Under the pieces are notes generated by a model that worked only from the letters and a program-made list of their open reading frames with translations, was not told the origin of the DNA and searched no databases. A DNA stretch of 64,000 bases, from positions 4,278,001-4,342,000 of the forward strand of contig NC_088794.1 of NCBI RefSeq assembly GCF_011386835.1. The letters are read 5' to 3'. Origin of the DNA: Chrysemys picta bellii. Its lineage: Eukaryota. The stretch's first letter is position 1; each line of letters begins with the position of its first letter. Positions 1-11,279 of this stretch are shown here, one piece after another. The position numbers were made by a program, and so were the translations under genes.

Positions 1-1160
1 CCCAGCAGGGGGCGCTGTGCTCCAGAGAGCAGGGCAGGGGGCCCAGTAGGGGGCGCTGTGCTGCGGGGAGCAGGGCGGGGGCCAGCAGGGGGCGCTGTGC
101 TGCAGGGAGCGGGGTGGGGGGCTGAGCAGGGGGCGCTGTGCTGCGGGGAGCGGGCAGGGGGCCAGCAGGGGGCGCTGTGCTGCAGGGAGCGGGGCGGGGG
201 CCCAGCAGGGGGCGCTGTGCTGCGGGGAGCAGGGTGGGGGCCCAGCAGGGGGCGCTGTGCTGCAGGGAGCGGGGCGGGGGCCCAGCAGGGGGCGCTGTGC
301 TGCGGGGAGCAGGGTGGGGGCCCAGCAGGGGGCGCTGTGCTGCGGGGAGCGGGGCGGGGGGCCCAGCAGGGGGCGCTGTGCTGCAGGGAGTGGGGCGGGG
401 GCCCAGAAGGGGGCGCTGTGCTGCAGGGAGCAGGGGGGGGCCCAGCAGGGGGCGCTGTGCTGCGGGGAGCAGGGCGGGGGCCCGGCAGGGAGCAGGGCAG
501 GGGGCCAGCAGGGGGCGCTGTGCTGCGGGGAGCAGGGCGGGGGCCCGGCAGGGGGCGCTGTGCTGCAGGGAGCAGGGTGAGGGCCCGGCAGGGGGCGCTG
601 TGCTGCGGGGAGCAGGGTGGGGGCCCGACAGGGGGCGCTGTGCTGCGGGGAGCAGGGTGGGGGCCCAGCAGGGGGCGCTGTGCTGCGGGGAGCAGGGGGG
701 GGCCAGCAGGGGGCGCTGTGCTGCGGGGAGCAGGGTGAGGGCCCGGCAGGGGGCGCTGTGCTGCGGGGAGCAGGGCGGGGGGCCCGGCAGGGGGCGCTGT
801 GCTGCGGGGAGCAGGGTGGGGGCCCGACAGGGGGCGCTGTGCTGCGGGGAGCAGGGTGGGGCCCAGCAGGGGGCGCTGTGCTGCGGGGAGCAGGGTGGGG
901 GCCAGCAGGGGGCGCTGTGCTGCAGGGAGCGGGGCGGGGGCTCGGCGGGGGGCGCTGGGCTGCGGGGAGCAGAGTGGGGCCCTGGCAGGGGGCGCTGTGC
1001 TGCAGGGAGCGGGGTGGGGGCTCGGCGGGGGGCGCTGGGCTGCGGGGAGCAGAGTGGGGCCCCGGCAGGGGGCGCTGTGCTGCGGGGAGCGGGGCGGGGG
1101 GCTCAGCAGGGGGCGCTGTGCTGCAGGGAGCGGGGTGGGGGCCCGGCAGGGGGCACTGCA
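1..1160. repeat. GC-rich minisatellite, ~39-bp unit, ~29 copies, in the coding intron of perforin copy A
   Basis: Unit CCCAGCAGGGGGCGCTGTGCTGCGGGGAGCAGGG(C/T)GGGG recurs every 38-41 bp and runs to ~10 bp from the splice donor at 1172. Confidence 0.97.
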
Positions 1161-1172
1161 GGGGGTTCTCAC

Positions 1173-1699
1173 CTGTAATACACACAGGACACCTCGTGGC
1201 GTACGAACATGTACTTGTCATGCAGCTCCTTCTGGTAGGCATAACCAGCGAGCCGGGATTGGGACCCCCCCAGGGCCAGGACCGGGGACTCATCCAGCAG
1301 CCCCAGCTCCAACTTCCAGTCATTTTTCACATCCGACGCTATTGCCCGGGCCACGTCCACGGCTGACTCTTCCACCGAGCTGCTGAGGTCCCGGTTGCAC
1401 CAGCTGTGGACCCTCCAGTCGACCACGGCCAGAGGCACCCTCTGCACCTGCCCCTCCTGCAGCGGGTTCCGGCACAGGCTACAGGTGCCGTTTGGGCCGC
1501 GCCATAAACTGGTGTCCACCACGGAGGCCCCTGTCCACTCCAGCGTGGTGATGTCGATGCCCTCCCCCACCAGGTTGTGTGCAGGCACAGAGGCCATATT
1601 CTCATCGCACACCTCAGCTTTGCCTGTGTAGCAGTAGGGGGAGACCCCCGGGAGAAGGAAGAGGAGGAGGAGAGGGATGAAGGCACCAGATCTAGGCAT
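1173..1699 (-). CDS. PRF1: Perforin-1-like copy A, first coding exon (signal peptide + N-terminal MACPF); second coding exon lies left of the window
   Basis: MPRSGAFIPLLLLFLLPGVSPYC...GEGIDITTL...CSLCRNPLQEG...NDWK...GSQS...CVYYR. Acceptor TCTCCCTCCAG at 1741-1742, donor AG|GTGAG at 1173/1172, 527 nt (phase 2). Confidence 0.9.
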
Positions 1700-2190
1700 G
1701 GCTGGTGTGATAGGATCCCTCACCTGGTCTCTGAGCCTCCCTGGAGGGAGAGAACAGAGAGAGCCTCCATTAACTACAATCCAGTGGCAGGCAGTTCCAC
1801 AGGCACATCACATCCTAGCAGCCTCCATGCTGTTACAACCCTCCCTGGATCTGAGATGAGAGATCTGCAACACACCTACGCTGTAACCTGCCCCACCTTG
1901 CCCTCTGAACCTAAAGGAGAATCGCTGCTGGGTGTGAACAGTATAGGGGCTATGACACACAGAGGCTGGCAGTTCTGATTCTGTCCACTACGGTGCCCTG
2001 GGTTTAGTTGTGTGTCGTAGGGGACGTGAGACACATGGGTGGGTAGTTCACATTCCCTCCAGCAGATGGCAATGCAGACATGCACCTGCATTCATGTGCA
2101 CACCCCTGCCGCTCCCCAAAGATGAGTCTCCACTCACTATGCCCGGAACTGAATCCCCCATGTGAGCTGCAGCCACTAGAGGGCGTCATT

Positions 2191-2191
<1 letters not shown>

Positions 2192-2263
<72 letters not shown>
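2192..2263. repeat. Compound (CT)n(CA)n microsatellite
   Basis: Seen directly. Confidence 0.98.
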
Positions 2264-2264
<1 letters not shown>

Positions 2265-2374
2265 CACCTGATTCCCTCCAGCAGGGGGCAACAGGGACAG
2301 ACAGACGCCCTTGTCCTGAATTCCCTTCACATCTTACATCCTAAATTGCTGTATGTGCCAGGATCCCTCGCATG

Positions 2375-2650
2375 ATATTGAGATGCAGCCAGCTCTGGGG
2401 TGGGGCATATGGATAACAGCTGCACAGACAACACCACACAGGGACGGCTCTCCCGGCACTGGGATGCAGCCACCTCTGGGGTGGGGCAGTTGGAGAACAG
2501 CTGCACACACAACACTGCATGGGGATGGCTTGCCTGGCTCTGGGATGCAGCCACCTCTGGGGCAGGCCAGCTGGATAATAGCCGCACACACAACACCGCA
2601 CAGGGACAGCTCGCCCAGCTCCGGGATGCAGCCACCTCTGGGGCGGGGCA
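2375..2650. repeat. Minisatellite, ~81-bp unit, ~3.5 copies
   Basis: GATGCAGCCACCTCTGGG recurs at ~2381, 2462, 2543, 2623. Confidence 0.85.
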
Positions 2651-3120
2651 CCAGGAAACAGCCACCCAGAGAGCCCTGGGAAGCACCAGCATGGGCACTG
2701 AGGTACGGTGCTCCCCCCCACCTACAGAGACCCCTGCATACCATCCACTCCCTCCCCCTGCCCCCCAGCCAGCTCTGGCCCCCCTGCCCATCCCGTCCCC
2801 CCGGGCTCCCTGCCCCCAGGTTACCTGGGCGAGCAAAGCGTAGGGCTCCCGGCTGGGGATCGGGGCACGTTCCCTGGCCACTGGCTGCTGCCTCTCCCCG
2901 CGGCTCCCTGTGCCGAGTGACTCCCGGAGCTGCCCGCTCCAACCTGTACTGGAGCCGCGGAGTTTCCAGGGGCCGCTCCACCCATGCCAGGCACAGATGT
3001 CACCGCTGGGCTTGGCAATTGGGGAGAAAGAGGGACTTTCCCTGGACTGGAGCGAGGGGGAGATGGCTGGAGGGAAAGGGTAGGATCCTGATCTCCCTGA
3101 TCCCAGTGTCAATCCAAAGT

Positions 3121-3460
3121 GGGGTCTAGGGGCTGGGAGCCAGGACTCCTGGGTTCTCTCCCCAGCTGTGGGAGGGGAGTGGGGTTAGTGATTAGAGCGG
3201 GGGGGCTGGGAGACAGGACTCCTGGGTTCTCTCCCCAGCTGTGGGAGGGGAGTGGGGTTGAGTGATTAGAGCAGGGGGGGCTGGGAGACAGGACTCCTGG
3301 GTTCTCTCCCCAGCTGTGGGAGGGGAGTGGGGTTGAGTGATTAGAGCAGGGGGGGCTGGGAGACAGGACTCCTGGGTTCTCTCCCCAGCTGTGGGAGGGG
3401 AGTGGGGTTGAGTGATTAGAGCGGGGGGGCTGGGAGACAGGACTCCTGGGTTCTATTCAA
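3121..3460 (+). repeat. Minisatellite, ~75-bp unit x5, resembling a tRNA/SINE head
   Basis: CAGGACTCCTGGGTTCT at 3141, 3214, 3289, 3364, 3438. Confidence 0.85.
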
Positions 3461-3944
3461 AACCAAGGACTTGCTGGGGAGCCAAGCTGTGGGCACTGCT
3501 GTGGCCCCTGCCCTAGACCCAGGCAGGGGAAGTTCCAGCCCGGCGGCTGGCAGAAATCCAAGCATGACACCAAAGCATCTGACTTGCAGCTGCTTCAGCC
3601 AAAGGCTTGAATTTTATTTCGGGGTAACGTCAGCGGGCGGGGCCCAGCCCGGGGGCCCAGCCCGGGGGGAGGAAGAAAAGAAAATGAATGACACTTGGCG
3701 AAGCCACCCCCAGGGGAGGGGCGGGGCTATGTGGAGGGGGCGGGGGTGGGCCTCAGAACAGACGAGGGTGGGGCCGGGGACACTGGGATGGGGTAGGGGG
3801 AGTGGGAGGGTTTAGACAGGGGGCAGTTCTGAGCCCTTATCCTGGCCTCCCCCCATCTCCCCCTGGCTGTGCCAAGATCGGGGGGGACTGAGCCCGCCCT
3901 ACACGTGCTTGTGGCAGGCTCTGGGGGCAGCTGAGCCTCTCTCC

Positions 3945-4290
3945 CTGCCCCCATGTGTGTGCCAAGAACCGGGGGACCCAAGCCTCCCCTGCCCCCATGT
4001 GTGTGCCAAGAACTGGGGGGGACCTGAACCCCCCCACCCCGGTGTGTGCCAAGAACTGGGGGGACCCGAGCCCCCCCACCCCTGTGTGCGCCAAGAACTG
4101 GGGGGACCCAAGCCTCCCCTGCCCCCATGTGTGTGCCAAGAACTGGGGGGACCCAAGTCCCCCCCATCCCCATGTGTGTGCCAAGAACTGGGGTGACCCG
4201 AGCCCGCCCCACCCCTATGTGTGCTGGGATTGGGGGGGTGCAAACCTGTCTCCTTGCCCCCCATGTGTGGGCTGGGATTGGGGGTTCAGG
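3945..4290. repeat. Minisatellite, ~44-bp unit, ~7 copies
   Basis: GTGTGCCAAGAACTGGGGG recurs every 42-45 bp. Confidence 0.9.
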
Positions 4291-4676
4291 AAGGAATTTG
4301 TCGTTGGTGGGGTGGGAGGGCCAGTAGGGAGTGGGGGAAGAAACAAGGGAGGGGCACTGGGAGTAGAATAGGGGGCAGAGGGTCTCGGGGGTCAGTAGGG
4401 GGCTGAGGGCCCAGTGCTAGGGCAGGGGCAGAGGGGTATCCGCACAACGAGACACCAGGGCAGCTGAGTCAGCTCTCCATTTCCTTTATGTTGTGGGAAG
4501 CTCACGCTCTCACCCCTCCATTGCTACCCCCTGAGCCCCATCAGCCCCCGTGAGACAGAGCCCACCCAGCTGCTGGCGAAATGAGGTCACAGCAGACGGC
4601 CCCTGGGGGAGAGGGAAGACCCCTGGCTGCGGGGGCGAGGTGGGGCGAATTGCTTGTCCTGGAAGGTCCCTCTGAG

Positions 4677-5790
4677 CTAATCCTGGGCTGCCTTGTAGTT
4701 CCCAGGGCCCTGGGGGACGTAGTCCAAGCAGTGGGGCCCGCCCAGGCTGGGACCACACACCAGGCTGTACCGGAAGTCCAGCCGGCCGTGGTTCAGGTAG
4801 CAGACCTGGTGGCGACCCTCTCCAGAGCGCAGCGGCTCGTCGCACGTCCCCAGTAGGTCGTCGTCGTACTTGTTGTCCTCGTCCCAGACTTGGAGGCGGA
4901 GCTGGCTGGTCTCCGCCACCCGCACGTGCCCCAGGTCCAGGTGGACGCCCCAGACCGGGTTGTCGGTGTTCCACACGGTTGTCGTCCGCACCTCCCGGTC
5001 CTGGAAGAAGACCTTGACATAGGCATCGGTGTGGCTGGAGTAGTCGCCCCACAGGCCGCTGGCCCGCTCCACCGTCACCGTCAGCTTCCCCTGGCCTCGC
5101 TCCCGTGAGCAGCACATGGTGTTGGTGGAGCCGTCCCCGGGGCAGACGCAGGAGCAGGGGTCGTGGGCGCTGCGCCGGGTCCCCGGCGGGCAGCTGTGGG
5201 TGCAATTCCTCCACAGGGCCCTTTCGGCGATGTACTCGCTCACCGCCTGCCTCAGCGCCTCCCGCTTGGGGTTGTCCTGCCCCACCAAGTTGTGGATGGG
5301 GCGTAGCGAGTAGGACACCAGGCCGGGGCTGGCTTTGAGGCTCTCCATCCAGGCTGAGAAAACCTCGGCGTCCTGCCCCTCAGAGAACAGCAGGTCGGCG
5401 TGGTTGTTGCCGCCTGTCACCTCAGTGTGACGCTCGCTGTAGGTCTCGTGGAAGCTCCGCTTGAAGTTCTGCTTCTTCTTCTGCTCCTCACACTGGCTGA
5501 AGGCCGCCTCGGCCTTGCCCTTCCCAGCCCCGATGCTGACAGAGGCCTCCAGGCTCAGACAGTCCTTGACCTCATCAGCCGTCACCCCATCCAGCGCCGC
5601 CTCGCAGACCCTCACAGCCGTCACATCCCGCACCCGGCCCCCCAGCTGCAGCTGGGACACGTAGTGGGTGCCGTACGTGTTGATCAACTGACGGTACTCG
5701 AGACGCGAGCTGCGGGTGTAATCCTCCGGGAGGTCCCTCAAGGCCCGGGTGAAATGGCTGGTGAGCGGAGGTTTGTGGGTAACGCGGAAC
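4677..5790 (-). CDS. PRF1: Perforin-1-like copy B, last coding exon (MACPF C-terminal half, EGF-like, C2)
   Basis: MACPF signature YGTHYVSQLQLGG; Cys-rich CPPG...DPCSCVC...CC; C2 GLWGDYSSHTDAYVKV...WDEDNKYDDDLLG. Acceptor CCCAG|G at 5791/5790, TAG at 4677-4679. Confidence 0.96.
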
Positions 5791-5859
5791 CTGGGCGAGA
5801 GAAATGGCAACCATGTGACGTACCGTCGGACATTGGCATCTTGTAGGGGTAGAGGTCAG

Positions 5860-6185
5860 TGTTATAGATCCACTGACTGTAAATCCAGAAGGAACCTTTC
5901 TGGTCAGCTAGTCTGACCTCCTGGATAACACAGGCCAGAGACCTGCCCTGAATTAATTCCCGTTCGAACGAGAACAGGTCTTCTAAGAAAAAACATCCAT
6001 CTCGATTTAAAAATTGGCCATGTTGGAGAATCCACCACAGCCCTTGGTAAATCGTTCCAGTGATTAATCCTGTCACTGTTACAAATTCACACCTTATTTC
6101 CCATCTGAATTTGTCTAGCTTCAACTTCCAGCCACAGGATGATGTTAGACCTTTCTCTGCTAGACTGAAGAGCTCATGACCAAAG
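5860..6185 (-). mobile_element. CR1 LINE 3' fragment
   Basis: Minus-strand KLDKFRWEI...TVTGLITGTIYQGL resembles the CR1 ORF2 C-terminus; boundaries approximate. Confidence 0.65.
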
Positions 6186-6814
6186 GTTTGCTTCCCATGG
6201 TAGTTTAGTCTTATATCTTGCCTGCACCTTTACTGAACTGACACGAGATTCAATTATTTTTACACGGGTTACACAGAGAACATAATAATGTGTATTATGC
6301 GCTTGTGATATCATTTCTTGTAACGTCCTCTTCCCCCACCCCCCCGGCCTACGATCATGCTCCTGGCAGCCTGACTCGGTTTCCCCTCTTGGACTGTTCA
6401 AGAAACTCAACGACCACCTCTGTCCATTCCTATCCCTTCTCCGGTTGGGCTTCAATCAATGAACAAACATTCAAAATAAAGTTTCAAGTCCGTGCAGAAG
6501 TCCACACAACCAAATTTTCTCCTCCTCTTCCCAGGCCCTACCAAGCCAGAATCTGAGCATTCTCCCTCTTGTTGTGACCTCCTGCTTCTCATTATAGGAC
6601 CACCCTCCTGATCTCCACCAGATGTGACTCCTGCTTTTCTCTGGGGTGGTTTGCCCCAGAGCCAACCGGTTACACCACTTATTTCCTTATATGAAAGATT
6701 TAAGCTGGCTAAACCAACGCCTAGGAGGAATTCTGTCTTCTGTCAACATTACAGACCTCATATGCCAAACTAGATAACACCGTTGGCCATAAAACAGCCC
6801 TATGCAGCGTATAA

Positions 6815-7535
6815 CATTAAGAACATAAGACTAGTCAGACCGGGTCAGATCAGAGGTCCATCTAGCCCAGTATCCTGTCTTCTGACAGTGGCCAATGCCA
6901 GGTGCCCCAGAGAGAATGAACAGGGCAATTTTGAGTGATCCATCCCTGGTCGTTTAGTCCCAGCTTCTTGCAGCTGGAGGTTTAGGGATACCCAGAGCAT
7001 GGGGTTGTGTCTCTGCCCATCTTGGCTAATAACCACAGATGGACCTACCCTCCATGAACTTATCTAATATATTTTGAATGCTGTTATACTTTTGGCCTTC
7101 ACAACATCCCCTGGCCATGAGGTCCGCAGGTTGACTGTGCGTTGTGTGAAGAAGTACAGTATTTCCTTTTGTTTGTTTGAAACCTGCTGCCTATTAATTT
7201 CCTCAGGTGACCCCTGGTTCTTGTATTATGTGAAGGAGTCAATAACCCTTCCCCATTCACTTTCTCCACACCAGTCGTGATTTTATAGACCTCTGCCATA
7301 TCCCCCTTCAGTCATCTCTTTTCTGAGCTGAACAATCTTTCTAATCTCTCCTCCTATGGAAGCTGTTCCATACCTCTGGACCTTTTCCGTTTGTAAGAAC
7401 TCTTTTATGAGATGGGGCAACCACAACTGCACACAGCATTCAAAGGATGGGCGTACCATGGATTTATATAGTGGCACTGGGATATTTTCTGTTTTATTAA
7501 CTATCCCTTTCCTAGCAGTTCCTGACATCTTAGAC
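6815..7535 (-). mobile_element. CR1 LINE 3' fragment, degraded ORF2
   Basis: LYKSMVRPSFECCVQLW and [13 protein letters not shown]...[22 protein letters not shown]; TTCTTATG-type tail at the left end. Confidence 0.85.
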
Positions 7536-7555
7536 TATTTGCTGTTAGTCTACGT

Positions 7556-8256
7556 TGTGAAAGAAGTAAGTAAATTTTTGCAAACGTGCGCCCTCACCTT
7601 GAGGGTACCCCCTCACAACTGGGCATGGCGTTGCAAGGGACTTTGCCTCTGGGGGCTACTGTCTCAGCCGCAGTGATATATCCCAGATGGTCTCTTCCCC
7701 AGACAGCCTTGCTGAGTCTTCTGTGTCTTAACTCTCCAGCCAAGTCCCCTGGCAGGGTTCAGCTCTAGGGGTCAACCTCAGTTCATCCTCCTTGTCTGGG
7801 TACTGACCCACACTGGACTTTTACCTGCTGGGTGTCCAAGTACCGCTTAAACTAACCTTCTGGCTTTCATGGGCTCCTGTCACATCTGGGTTCTCACCAC
7901 CCCTGGCTCAGGGCTCCTCTCCTCTTCTCTTCTCTCCAGGAGGTAACCCTGTTCCTACAGCTCTGCTTTCTGGCCACTGCCAGTTCCAAACAACTGGCTC
8001 TTCCTTCTCATCAGGAACTCACCCTTGTTCCTCTATCTTGGGTCTCTCCTTCCACTAGGTTCCCAGCTCTGTTTAAGTAGCGTCCTCCCTGCTTCACCAC
8101 CACAGATGGGGTCAGTCCTCCTAATCAAGCCCCAGGACACCCACAAGGTTTTACTAACTAGCTCTGATCTTGTTAGCTCATTAACTGAGGGCTAGCTGCT
8201 AAATAATGGGCAAAACTGAGCCCTGCTTGCTTCAAAGGGCCGGCTGGCTGGTGACA
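7556..8256. mobile_element. Probable solo LTR
   Basis: TGTGA...TGACA termini around non-coding sequence; no TSD found. Confidence 0.4.
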
Positions 8257-8699
8257 GTACTTTGCGGGTTCGTGCTCTACCTAGGAGAATTGATATAAAT
8301 CTTTAAGTGCAGGTCATAAACATGCTCAATGGCAGATTGTAGATCTAAAAGTCTTTTGCTCCCTGGGTAAACTGGCCAGCAACTGTGACTGTGCTACGGA
8401 GAGCCGCAAATGATCCCCTCAAAGTGAAGATTTCTTTAACCAGAAACTTTGCAAGAAAAAACGTGGTGTCAAACCACCCCACAAGGGAATCTAGGAAAGT
8501 CCCTATTCAAATAAAAACCTTTAAAAAGCTTGCGCCATGGACCGATCTTTGTTGGTTTGGCTTGAAGGAGAACATAGATGGTTGGGAAATGTTCTCCAGA
8601 AGATTGGTCTAACACTTATGTTTCCTGCTGAAAATCTTCCCATTCCTTAAATGCTTAAAGATGGTCAAGGCTGATGTGTATTTGTAAATTCTTTGTTGC

Positions 8700-8875
8700 T
8701 ACATCCACACATTTATGTCATAAATTCATGACAGCGTTGTTAGGTGAATAGCAAGACGGTTTGAGTAATAATCATGTAACAAGGTCCAATGGCTGGAGGT
8801 TGAAGCTACACAAATTAAGAGTGAAAATAAGGTATACGTTTTCAATAGTGAGGGGAATCAATCTTTGGAACTTCT
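8700..8875 (+). mobile_element. Short CR1 fragment
   Basis: ACAAGGTCCAATGGCTGGAGGTTGAAGCTACACAAATT is typical of the CR1 ORF2 3' region. Confidence 0.55.
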
Positions 8876-8914
8876 ACTAATCACTCTCAGCTGAGACTTC
8901 ACAAGCAATCAATG

Positions 8915-11200
8915 ACTGACCTTCACCCTCACCCCCAACCTTCACTCGCACCTAACCCTTGACCTTCCCCCTCACCCCCAGCCTTCACAAGCATCAATCC
9001 CTGACCTTCCTCCTCACCCCCCGCCTTCACCAGCACCAACCCTTGACTTTCCCCCTCACCTCCAGCCTTCACCAGCATCAACCCTGACCTTGCCCCTCAA
9101 TATCAGCCTTCACCAAGACCCAATTGCTCACCTTCTCCATCACCCCCAGCCTTCACCTGTACCCACCCCATGACCTTCCCCCTCACCCCAGCCTTCACCA
9201 GCACCCAACCACTGACCTTCCCCCTCACCCCCACCCTTCACCGGCATCAACCCCTGACCTTCATCCCAACCCCAGCCTTCACCAGCACCCAGCTCCTGAC
9301 CTCCATGCTCACCCTAAGCCTTCACCAGCACCAATCCCTGACCTTCAACCTCACCCAAAGCCTTCATCAGCACCCAACCCCTGACTTTCACCCTCACCCC
9401 CAGACTTCACCCGCACCCAACCCCTGTGTGGCATTGCATCCCATAATGCTTTATAGAAATATGCTTATGAGTGTAAATATGACATAACTGGAATATGTTT
9501 TATGCTAGATATGCCATGTAACATATCTTTGCAAAGGTTATGATCTACTGAAAATATTCATTCTATTCGTGTGCCTGTATCAGTTTTATATCTGAAGTTA
9601 TGAGCGTTGGCTCTATGCTTGTATTTAAAGTGTTTGCTGTAGGAAGCACATAAGGCAGATTTGGTCAACACGGTGTGAAGGAGTTATTCAAGTAGTTGGG
9701 AGTACTTAACTAACAATGGACTTTGGGATGCCAATCCACATCGGAGCTTTCCTGGGAACATTCAAACTAACATGTGAACAATGGCGTCGGCCTGAAAAAG
9801 CTGAATCATCCATAGACATGTGGCTTGCCCAGGTGGCTACAGACTCCATCTTGTTGTTGTGATTTTGCACAGAAGAACAAAGGGGTTTCCACCCACAAGA
9901 GAGAGAATATAAAAGGCCCTGGAAACCCCTCTATTTTGTCTTCAGGTGGCTCAAAAGATAGCCTCTCCACCCCAAAGAGATGCCTGAAAGAACCTGGAAC
10001 AAAGGACAGTAACTACAGGGGTGTGAGTGATTGCTGGACCCAGACTAGGAAGGAGTCTAGTCTGTGAAATAAGCTTATTGGAACATCTCTGAGGGTGAGA
10101 TTTACCTGCATTTAGTTTCCTACTTTATTAGGCTTCGACTTGCGTGTTTTTGTTTTATTTTGATTGGTAATTTACTTTGTTCTGTCTGTTATTACTTGGA
10201 ACCACTTAAATCCTACCTTTTATATTTAATAAAATCACTCTTTGCTTCTTAATTAAGCCAGAGCAAATAATTTATACCTGGGGGAGCAAACAGCTGTGCA
10301 TATCTCTCTATCAGTGTAATAGAGGGCAGACAATTTATGAGTTTACCCTGTATAAGCTTTATACAGAGAAAAACTAATATATTTAGGGTTTGGATCCCAT
10401 TGGGAGCTGGGTGTCTGGGTGCTAGAGACAGGAGCACTTCTTAAGCCGTTTTCAATTAAGCCTGCAGCTTTTGGGGGACATGGTTCAGACCAGATGTGTC
10501 TGGCTCAACAAGACAGGGTATTGAAGTCCCAAGCTCCCAGGGAAAACGGGCTCAGAAGTCGTCTCAGCACATCAGGTGGCCGTCCCAAGGGAGTCTCTGT
10601 GACCCAAGCTGTCACACCCTGACCTTCCCCCTCACCCCCATCCTTCAGGAACAACCAACCCCTGACCTTGCTTCTCACCCTCTGAGTTCACCAGCACCAA
10701 CCCCTGACCTTCATCCTCACCCCCAGCCTTCAAAAGCATCGACCCTGACCTTGCCCCTCAATATCAGCCTTCACTTGTATCCAACCCCTGACCTTCCACC
10801 TCACCCCCAGCCTTCACCTGTACCCAACCCCTGACCTTCCCCCTCGCCCCAGCCTTCACCAGCACCAACCCCTGACCTTCAACCTCACCCCCAGTTTCAC
10901 CTGTATCCAACTCCTGACCTTCAACCTCACCCCCAGCCTTCACCTGTACCCAACCCCTGACCTTCAACCTCACCCCAGCCTTCACCAGCATCAACCCCTG
11001 ACCTTCAACCTCACCCCCAGCCTTCACCAGCATCAACCCCTGACCTTCAACCTCACCCCCAGCCTTCACCAGCACCAACCCCTGACCTTCAACCTCACCC
11101 CCAGCTTCACCTGTATCCAACTCCTGACCTTCAACCTCACCCCATCCTTCACCAGCATCAACCCCTGACCATCCCCCTCACCCCCAACCTTCACCGGCAC
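8915..11200. repeat. C-rich minisatellite, ~41-bp unit, split by a solo LTR (segments ~8915-9426 and 10617-11200)
   Basis: CCCCTGACCTTC(A/C)ACCTCACCCCCAGCCTTCACCAGCACCAA repeats on both sides of the LTR. Confidence 0.92.
9427..10616 (+). mobile_element. Solo LTR, 1190 bp
   Basis: TGTGG...TCACA termini, perfect 5-bp TSD CCCTG (9422-9426 / 10617-10621), internal TATA-like AATATAAAA and AATAAA. Confidence 0.92.
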
Positions 11201-11279
11201 CCAACACATAACTGCTAATCTTCATGCTAACCCCTACCTCAAGTCTCCCGCTCTCTTGCGCCCCTCCCCTGCCCCTTAC

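Noticed and set aside
58-1386. Long Gly/Ala/Arg-rich ORFs in several frames
   Set aside because: Translations of the 39-bp VNTR, which has few stop codons; it lies in a perforin intron on the opposite strand.
3560-3760. GC-box-rich candidate promoter for copy A, and a CAG|GTAAC donor at ~2825
   Set aside because: Plausible, but it has no paralogous support or Ets/RUNX composite like D-F; too weak to call.
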